26,242 nt of DNA from NCBI GenBank assembly GCA_032249235.1, contig JAVVGF010000009.1, positions 1 through 26,242 of the forward strand. Direction: 5' to 3'. Position numbers and translations under genes: made by a program. The DNA is from Thermoproteota archaeon. Its GTDB lineage: Archaea > Thermoproteota > Thermoprotei > Gearchaeales > Gearchaeaceae. The notes below the pieces were generated by a model. It was not told the origin of the DNA, searched no databases, and saw nothing but the letters and a program-made list of their open reading frames with translations. Positions 1-7,219 of this stretch are shown in pieces. Position 1 is the stretch's first letter. Each line of letters begins with the position of its first letter.

Positions 1-131
1 AAAATTGGATCGTTAAGCAAGAAACAAAGATTCAACGATTAAAGAATGAAGAATTGATTTTGTTTATTGGAACTTAGCTTAGCTATTGAGGACTCGTTCA
101 TTTAAGATGCAAAGTTCATAGTTTATGTTTC

Positions 132-575
132 TTGCAAAACTTAGATAATATATTTACGATTAACGATGGAAGTTTATCTGTACCTATAGTTTATTTTATA
201 TTTAGACAATTTCCTGGCATAGGACCTAAAAAAGCCTCTATGATTGCAAGAGAATTTGGAAGTCATGGTGATTGGTTTAAGAGCGTTAAAGCTCGACTCC
301 AAAGGAGAGGAATTAACCTTAATGTTAGTTATCCTTACTTCACAGAAATGCCTATTGACATACATGTAAGGAAAGTTTTTCTAAGATTGGGTTTCGTTAG
401 GTATAGTGAACCACAAGATTTTCAAAACTTGGCTGGAATGATATATCCTGAAAATCCAGGGTTCGTGGATTTACTTATTTGGGAAATTGGTAGGGAAAGA
501 TGCAAGAAATTTCCTAAATGTGAGAGAAAATATGATATATGCCCGCTCTCTAATGTATGTGATTATTATAATTAA
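132..575 (+). pseudogene. Endonuclease III/Nth-like HhH-GPD DNA glycosylase, C-terminal part (5' region disrupted)
   Basis: HhH motif FRQFPGIGPKKAS with the catalytic-type Lys, IDIH with the catalytic-type Asp, and a C-terminal 4-Cys cluster (C-x5-C-x6-C-x5-C). The same frame upstream has in-frame stops (TAG 75-77, TGA 87-89), so the N-terminal half is missing or broken. Confidence 0.7.
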
Positions 576-632
576 ATATATAAAAGATATAAACATAGTA
601 CTTGAAAGATTAAATGAAAATAGCTAAAACTA

Positions 633-2342
633 TTAAATTGTATATTTCAATAGATTTTCCTTAAAAATTTCAGGTAATTTTATGGCTAAAAGATAAAAAG
701 TTATAGTTTTCTTCTCTTTTTTCTTTAATTTAGAAAATGCAGGTGATATTTCTTCGAGCTTAGGTATCATTTTTTCTTCAAGCATTTTGAGAGTTGTATT
801 AAACTCAGTTTTAATGGTTCCTTTGACACCTAATGAAAGAGGTTGAATTTTAGTTATAAGGTATTCTACATCTTGAAAATCAAATTTTCCATGCTCAATT
901 TGAGTTGGTGAAGGAGAAGAAAGATGAAATAATGAGAGTAGAGTTAAAGGGTCAAAGAAGATTTCCTTCCTTAACGTTTCATCTTCTATTAATGACTTTA
1001 TAATGAGCTTTGTTTCTTCTTTCAAAATAAGTTCATTAAATACATCCTTTGCATCCTTGCTAAGTCTTTGTTTTATTAAAGTGGACATCTTTGTTGCTTT
1101 CACTTTTGATAACCTTTGCCTTGAAGCTTTGATTATCTCGCGCAAAAGTTCAGGATCTTTCCCAGAAACTTTAGCGAGTGAAGGGATAATTTTTTCTAAT
1201 ACCGAAATAAATTCTTCAGAATATTTCCTTAAGAAGTGTTTAAATGCTTTGACCTCTAACAATGAGAAGAAAGGAAGTGGTGATTGGTTATGTAAGACTT
1301 CACTACAAGCGGACCAATAATTCGTGAATTTAACCCTATATTCATCATCGAATTCTTCTACAGTACTCGACTTTATATTCAATTTGGGAAGTTTTTTATC
1401 ATTCATCAAGTTATATACTTTTTCTAAATCATAATTTTCCTTTGTTTTATTTAGATACGCCTCTGGCACATTTTTTAGATAAAGTACGATCTCTTCTCTA
1501 TATTTTATTCTTAGAGAATCAATTTTATTCTCCCAATTTTTTGCTATCTTTTCATAAAAGAAAAAGACGAGCAATAAATCATGGGGAGTATTAATGTTCA
1601 TAGCAATGCCGGAATAAACTACGAACTTAACAAGATTTTCTAATGCATTCCTTAAGTAGAAATAGCATGATAAAATGTCCATGTTTTCAAAACATTGTTC
1701 TACCGCATAGAAATCGGACTTTAACTGAAGTGCCCATAACTCTATGCCTTTTAACTTTGTTATCTTTGCAATACCCTCTACAGCTTGTTTCAGAGTTGAA
1801 AGATAATTTCGAATAGCCTGCTCTTCTCGTAGCCATTTTACCAATTTCTTAAATTTTTCAAACTCGTCTGTGTTAAATCTAAGTATAGGCATGTTCGATT
1901 TGATCGATTCAATAGGTATAGATCTAGTAAAATTATCTATAATTTCGTTGTAGACTTCTCTAATATTAGAGCCTTTCTTTTCAATTTCGGAAATTAGTTT
2001 TTGAGCTTTATCTTCTAAATATTCAAGAAAAACAGGCCAATTTACCTTAAGTTTTAGCAATAACTGTGTAGTCCATGCTGTTGGATGAAGCAATAATTTT
2101 CCAAGATAAACATTGTTAAAAGTTATCCTATCCCTTTTATCGGAATAAAACTTTTCCTTTTCTTCTTCAAAGGTTTCTTGAGGATTTTTAGATTCATTTA
2201 TTTTTGGTAAAACTTCTGATATAAAATCCCAAAATTCATACGGTAAATCCACGTAAATTTTCCGAGTAGCTATTCTAACTTTACTTCCTCTAGGCGTTAC
2301 TATTTGGAAAGGATATGTGGGAAAGAATTCACTTAATCTCAC
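633..2342 (-). CDS. 569-aa hypothetical helical protein with a possible HEPN-like central domain
   Basis: Long ORF with a GTG start. The segments YFYLRNALENLVKF and YWSACSEVLHN resemble HEPN-like signatures, but there is no canonical RxxxxH. The ORF is secure; the function is inference. Confidence 0.55.
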   Translation of the reverse strand: MRLSEFFPTYPFQIVTPRGSKVRIATRKIYVDLPYEFWDFISEVLPKINESKNPQETFEEEKEKFYSDKRDRITFNNVYLGKLLLHPTAWTTQLLLKLKVNWPVFLEYLEDKAQKLISEIEKKGSNIREVYNEIIDNFTRSIPIESIKSNMPILRFNTDEFEKFKKLVKWLREEQAIRNYLSTLKQAVEGIAKITKLKGIELWALQLKSDFYAVEQCFENMDILSCYFYLRNALENLVKFVVYSGIAMNINTPHDLLLVFFFYEKIAKNWENKIDSLRIKYREEIVLYLKNVPEAYLNKTKENYDLEKVYNLMNDKKLPKLNIKSSTVEEFDDEYRVKFTNYWSACSEVLHNQSPLPFFSLLEVKAFKHFLRKYSEEFISVLEKIIPSLAKVSGKDPELLREIIKASRQRLSKVKATKMSTLIKQRLSKDAKDVFNELILKEETKLIIKSLIEDETLRKEIFFDPLTLLSLFHLSSPSPTQIEHGKFDFQDVEYLITKIQPLSLGVKGTIKTEFNTTLKMLEEKMIPKLEEISPAFSKLKKKEKKTITFYLLAIKLPEIFKENLLKYTI

Positions 2343-2463
2343 ACTATATCTTATTTAATTTTATTAATATTTTGTAAAATATTAAAGAACAAATTTATGG
2401 ATACTATTATTGGTCATTTTCTCATGAAGATTAAATAGTTTTTTGCGTAATAATAACTAAGAA

Positions 2464-2655
2464 ATGGTTAAATGTCCATATTGTAACTATGAAGGTGAAT
2501 TTAAGTTTGGTAAGAGCTGGAAATTTAGGTTTTATGATGTTAAAAGAATAGAATGTCCTAAATGCAATGGCGTGTTCAATTATTATAAAGGTGTAAGTAG
2601 TAAGGGTAAGACTTCTGAATTTGTAATTAGGATAAAGCCTAAGGTAAAGGGTTAG
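2464..2655 (+). CDS. Small Zn-ribbon protein (CPYC...CPKC), basic, possible DNA-binding protein
   Basis: Two CxxC pairs, a KSWKF motif and a Lys-rich tail. Clearly homologous to 16948..17133. TATA-like attaaata about 30 nt upstream. Confidence 0.8.
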   Translation: MVKCPYCNYEGEFKFGKSWKFRFYDVKRIECPKCNGVFNYYKGVSSKGKTSEFVIRIKPKVKG

Positions 2656-2708
2656 AAATTATTTTAAAATGATATAAGTTTTTAAAAATTTTATATACAA
2701 TAATTCAT

Positions 2709-2873
2709 ATGAGTAGAATTGTTAGATGTCCGTATTGTAATAATGAATTTAATTTTAAACATGCTGGAAAGCTTTTCAGAATGAGCGAAGGTGATAGAAG
2801 ATATATTGTGATAAGATGTCCTAACTGTAAAGGTATACTTAAATATCGTAGAGGTGAAGTTTACCGAGTTTAG
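2709..2873 (+). CDS. 54-aa Zn-ribbon protein (not in ORF track)
   Basis: Manual translation MSRIVRCPYCNNEFNFKHAGKLFRMSEGDRRYIVIRCPNCKGILKYRRGEVYRV*. Two CxxC pairs with spacing similar to the upstream gene. Confidence 0.75.
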   Translation: MSRIVRCPYCNNEFNFKHAGKLFRMSEGDRRYIVIRCPNCKGILKYRRGEVYRV

Positions 2874-2931
2874 GTCTGGGATAAATTAAGACGAGAGCTA
2901 AGTTAAGGTATTAGATATCACTTTTACATAT

Positions 2932-2982
2932 TTTTAACAACTGGTAATATACCAGTAAGAAGGAGATTTAAAGTTGTTAAAA
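2932..2982. promoter_or_regulatory. Overlapping inverted repeats upstream of the RM gene (candidate operator)
   Basis: 11-bp IR ttttaacaact (2932-2942) / agttgttaaaa (2972-2982), plus 7-bp IR actggta-ata-taccagt (2940-2956). These lie just upstream of TATA-like tttattaa (2985-2992) and the ATG at 3021. Confidence 0.45.
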
Positions 2983-3020
2983 TGTTTATTAATCTTTAAA
3001 AATTCTTAATATAGGAAATC

Positions 3021-6000
3021 ATGAGTATTAAGTACGGAGAACGTTCGGCTCAAGGCTTAATTCTTCAGTGGATTAACCAAGTTATAAGAGAACAAAAACT
3101 TTCTTTTAAAAGAGCTGATCAAGAAGTTCAAGTTAAAACTATTCACGGTAAGGTTAGATATCCAGATATAGTTATTTGGGACAAATCAGGAGAAAAAGTT
3201 GCATGTCTTATTGAACTAAAAGTCCCTACAATTAGTCCTTATGATGAAGAATTGGTTGAAGATGCATTGAATAAATCCGTTATAGCTGGGATTCCCTTTT
3301 TCGTAACATGGAATGTAAATAAACTAGTTCTTTGGGAAACATTTAAGCCTGGAACTAATTTACTTGAAAGAAGATTACATCATGAAGATGTTTTAGATAT
3401 TAAAGATCTTAAAGATTTAGAGAAAGATGAGATTGAGAAGACCATAAAATCATTCTTGGAGAGATTTTTACAACGACTTCAGACATACTACGAAATAAAG
3501 GTAGCTAAGCCACCAGAGATATATGTTCTGCCTAAGCTTCCACCAGATGAAATCTTAGTTCATTATCTTAAAACCTTTGTCGATTCACTCTATATTCCTG
3601 TTTCCAATAATCTTATTAAGAAGAAAGAGAAAGATCCTAAATTTTATGAGGACTTAGTTCAATGGTTTGTTAGTCAAGGATGGTTATTTGAAGATACCGA
3701 AGATGACTATGATAGAGTTGCTAGACAAGCAATATATCTCTTGATTAACAAAATTTTGTTTTACAATATTCTAAAAGAAAGATTCGGTTTAAAAGAAATT
3801 GATGCTGGAAACATCTCTAGCGGTGAAGAACTTAAAAAGAAATTACAAGAATACTTTAATCGTTGTTTGAATATTAACCCGCGATATGGTATAATTTTTG
3901 CAGCAGATTTCTTAGAAAGGATCCCTCTTCCAGATGAAATTGTAAGCGGATTTACCCGCGTAATAACAGAGCTTAACAAATATGACTTCTCAAAAATAGG
4001 ATACGATATAATTGGAAGGATCTTTGAAAAGCTAATTCCGAAAACTGAGAGACATAAATTAGGACAGTATTTCACTTCGACAGATGTAGTTGATCTGATT
4101 TTAGGATTTACAATAAAACATCCTGATGATAAAGTATTGGATCCTGCATGCGGATCAGGGACATTCTTGGTTAGAGCATATCATAGAAAAAGATTCTTAG
4201 CTCAAAAGCTATTCAAAGAAGGAAAATATACAAAGCCATTCAAATCTCATGAAGAATTGGTTAAAGAACTTTGGGGAATAGATATTGCTAAATTCCCAGC
4301 TCATTTAGCTTTAATCAACATAGTTAGAGAAAACATAAAGGCTATTGAAACTATTCCCAACATAGCCTGTAAAGATTTCTTTGAAGTTTTACCTGGCAAA
4401 GAAACTCTTATGTATGAACTTGCTTTTCAAATACCAGGAGTAAAAGAGAAAGAACTTGAAGCTATATATCCTGAAGAATTTAGCGTGGTGGTGACAAATC
4501 CTCCTTATACAAGACAGGAAGAAATGGAGGACGTATTTTTGGGCGGTTATAAAGATAGGCTTCGAGAATTGATTAAAAAGACTTGGGGAATGGAAGTTAG
4601 CAAGAGATCTAGTATTTATGTGTACTTTTTCTTGCATGGAGCTAAATTCTTATCCAAACATGGAAGATTAGGTCTAATAACTTCAAATTCATGGCTTGAT
4701 GTAGACTTTGGTAAATACCTTCAAGAATTCTTCTTGAAAAACTTCAAGGTAATAGCGATTATAGAATCTAAGGTTGAAAGATGGTTTGAAGATGCTGATA
4801 TCAATACGGCAATAACCATCCTTGAAAGATGTGATGATAAAAAAGTAAGAGATTCTAATTTAGTGAAGTTTGTTTACCTTAAAAGGAAGTTGAGGGAAAT
4901 CATACCAGTTGGAGGGAATGAAGAGGAAAGATGGAATAATGTAGAAAAATTTGTTAACTTTATTGAAAACTGCGATAAAGATGAGAAGATTAGAAATCAA
5001 ATGAAGAAAATAGAGTTTCTTGGCAAAACGCTTTGGATTTATGAAGATGAGAATTTCAGAATTACGATGATCAGTCAAGCAGACCTTTGGGCTGAAGGAT
5101 GGAATGATGAAGAAAATAAATATGAAGGGTCAAAGTGGGGCAAATACATTAGAGCACCTGAAATTTTCTTTAAGATTTTAGAGAAAGGTAAGGAACTATT
5201 GGTTCCCCTAAAGAAAGTAGCTAAAGTAAACCCAGGAATTAAATCTGGGGCGGACAAATTTTTCTATTTGAAAGATGATGAGATTACAAGGTTTGGAATT
5301 GAGCGATCTTATATTAATACACCAATTATTAAATCTATCAGAGAATGTAAAAGGATAAGTGTTAAAAAGTCAGATTTAAGATATAAAGTACTGCTTGTTC
5401 ATGAAGATAAACATAAGCTCGTAGGTACAAATGTGTTAAAGTATATAGAATTAGGTGAGGAATGGGGATTATCAAATCCAGAAACTCACCCTACTTGTGG
5501 CAAACGAGAAAGATGGTATGATTTAGGAAAAAGAGATCCACCACCTATATTATGGCCTGACGTTATATTCACAAGATTCTTAGCACCCTTAAATGAAGCT
5601 GATGCACTTGCTGATTATGATCTTCATGAAATTAGACCTCATGTTGAAAACCCTAAATTAATTTGTGCAATATTAAATTCGACCTTAACCTTCCTTATGT
5701 CTGAATTAAATGGAAGAGTGAATCTAGGTCAAGGAAGTTTAAAAATGCAAAGTCATGAAATAGCTACTATTCCCATAATTGATCCTGAGAAATTATCGCA
5801 GGAAGTAAGAGCTCAGTTAGTAAGCATTATTGATGAAATGAAGGAAAGAGAAATTGAAGATGTCTTCAAAGAAATTGGTGCAACTAACGTGTGTGAAGTC
5901 TCATTAAATAAAATTAAACCTGATAGGCTAAAGTTAGATAGAATACTCTTATGTGATCTTTTAAGGTTATCCCAAAATGAGCTAATAGAAATGTATAGAG

Positions 6001-6494
6001 CTATTATTGATTTAGTAAAAACTAGAATTGAAAAAGCTAAAACTGTTACTAAAAGAAAAAAGAAGAAAGGTGTTGACGTAGAAGCTTTAGCAAATAGGAT
6101 TGTAAGCAGGCTAACTACGAAGATTGAGAAATTTCCCGATGCTTACCTAACCGGTTATAAAGGTTTGTGGTCAAAGGAAATAAAAATTCCTAAGGGACAA
6201 CCTACATTTGGAAGCGATATTAACGGATTTTATGTTCAAATAGAAGGAAAGGAAGTTTATAGAGGATGGGATCATGATGAAGCTAAGTTTATATATTTTG
6301 CCGCACTAACAGGAGCTTCAAGCGTAAAGTTACCTCTTGATAAAAATGCACTCATAGCAGCATTAGAAGCTTTTGAGAAAGATTATAGAAAGTTAAAGGA
6401 AGAAGTAGACACCCTTTTATCTACTATGATATCTGACGTGAAAGTTAGAAAGGAAGTTGAAGATAAAGTTTGGAGTTTACTCTTTTCTAGATAA
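3021..6494 (+). CDS. Type IIG-like fused restriction endonuclease / N6-adenine DNA methyltransferase with C-terminal TRD
   Basis: N-terminal PD-(D/E)XK (YPDIVIW...LIELK), GQYFT motif X, DPACGSGTFL motif I, TNPPY motif IV (gamma order), SNSWLDVDFG and a C-terminal TRD-like region. 1157 aa, intact. Confidence 0.92.
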   Translation: MSIKYGERSAQGLILQWINQVIREQKLSFKRADQEVQVKTIHGKVRYPDIVIWDKSGEKVACLIELKVPTISPYDEELVEDALNKSVIAGIPFFVTWNVNKLVLWETFKPGTNLLERRLHHEDVLDIKDLKDLEKDEIEKTIKSFLERFLQRLQTYYEIKVAKPPEIYVLPKLPPDEILVHYLKTFVDSLYIPVSNNLIKKKEKDPKFYEDLVQWFVSQGWLFEDTEDDYDRVARQAIYLLINKILFYNILKERFGLKEIDAGNISSGEELKKKLQEYFNRCLNINPRYGIIFAADFLERIPLPDEIVSGFTRVITELNKYDFSKIGYDIIGRIFEKLIPKTERHKLGQYFTSTDVVDLILGFTIKHPDDKVLDPACGSGTFLVRAYHRKRFLAQKLFKEGKYTKPFKSHEELVKELWGIDIAKFPAHLALINIVRENIKAIETIPNIACKDFFEVLPGKETLMYELAFQIPGVKEKELEAIYPEEFSVVVTNPPYTRQEEMEDVFLGGYKDRLRELIKKTWGMEVSKRSSIYVYFFLHGAKFLSKHGRLGLITSNSWLDVDFGKYLQEFFLKNFKVIAIIESKVERWFEDADINTAITILERCDDKKVRDSNLVKFVYLKRKLREIIPVGGNEEERWNNVEKFVNFIENCDKDEKIRNQMKKIEFLGKTLWIYEDENFRITMISQADLWAEGWNDEENKYEGSKWGKYIRAPEIFFKILEKGKELLVPLKKVAKVNPGIKSGADKFFYLKDDEITRFGIERSYINTPIIKSIRECKRISVKKSDLRYKVLLVHEDKHKLVGTNVLKYIELGEEWGLSNPETHPTCGKRERWYDLGKRDPPPILWPDVIFTRFLAPLNEADALADYDLHEIRPHVENPKLICAILNSTLTFLMSELNGRVNLGQGSLKMQSHEIATIPIIDPEKLSQEVRAQLVSIIDEMKEREIEDVFKEIGATNVCEVSLNKIKPDRLKLDRILLCDLLRLSQNELIEMYRAIIDLVKTRIEKAKTVTKRKKKKGVDVEALANRIVSRLTTKIEKFPDAYLTGYKGLWSKEIKIPKGQPTFGSDINGFYVQIEGKEVYRGWDHDEAKFIYFAALTGASSVKLPLDKNALIAALEAFEKDYRKLKEEVDTLLSTMISDVKVRKEVEDKVWSLLFSR

Positions 6495-6504
6495 GCTGTA
6501 TAAA

Positions 6505-7219
6505 ATGAAAAGAAATGAGATAATTAAATACATTGACGACATAAAGGATCCTAAAAAATTTCTTGAATATTGTAAAAAATATCATGAAGAAGAGGACGTA
6601 GATATAGCCTACTTAGTTTCAAGAAATGTTATTTCTAAAAATCCAGATAATATCAGTTTTATATTAGCGGGTGCTAAGCTCATTATTATAACTTGGAATG
6701 CGCTGAGATTTCAAAGATTACCAAAAGGAGTTAGAGAAAGTTTGGAAAATGATATACGTGAAGCTTATACGGAATCTAAATTGGATTTGAAAAAGATAAA
6801 AGGAGAAAGATTAGAGAACTTAAGCTTAAGCGATGACGATTTGAAGAAAACTATTAAGAAAATATTTCAAGAATTTTCATCCAAGAAATCTATAGGGTTT
6901 ACTGGTGCATCCAAAATTTTACACCTACTAAATCCTTACTTGTTTATGATGTGGGATTATAACATTAGAGAGGCATATCACAAGTTGCATACTAAGAATC
7001 ATGAATTAGGCGATCCTGATTGTTACCTTGAATTTCTTAAACAATCTCAAGAAATAATTAAGAACAATTTTAAGTAAAAGAAGTGAGAATGATATATGGA
7101 ATGACCATTTGACTTTTGTAGATAAAGATTTCATGGCTGCTTTTTCATTTAAGGAAAGTATACTAAAGATGTTAGACGAATGTAACTACATTAGATTTAC
7201 GTTAAACATAAATCTTTAG
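6505..7219 (+). pseudogene. HhH-type DNA glycosylase-like protein with one frameshift near 7063 (about 237 aa if repaired)
   Basis: Likely ATG at 6505. The motif SIGFTGASKILHLLNPYLFMMWD resembles an HhH followed by Lys...Asp. After the TAA at 7075-7077 the +1 frame continues TILSKRSENDIWNDH...KMLDECNYIRFTLNINL* to 7219. Confidence 0.55.

Noticed and set aside
174-5257. Short ORFs 174..365, 1003..1320, 3761..4075, 4389..4637, 4860..5078, 5075..5257
   Set aside because: Antisense shadows of longer genes, with no recognisable motifs.
6457-6504. TTG start at 6457 given by the ORF track
   Set aside because: It overlaps the RM gene by 38 nt. The ATG at 6505, 10 nt after the RM stop, is more plausible.
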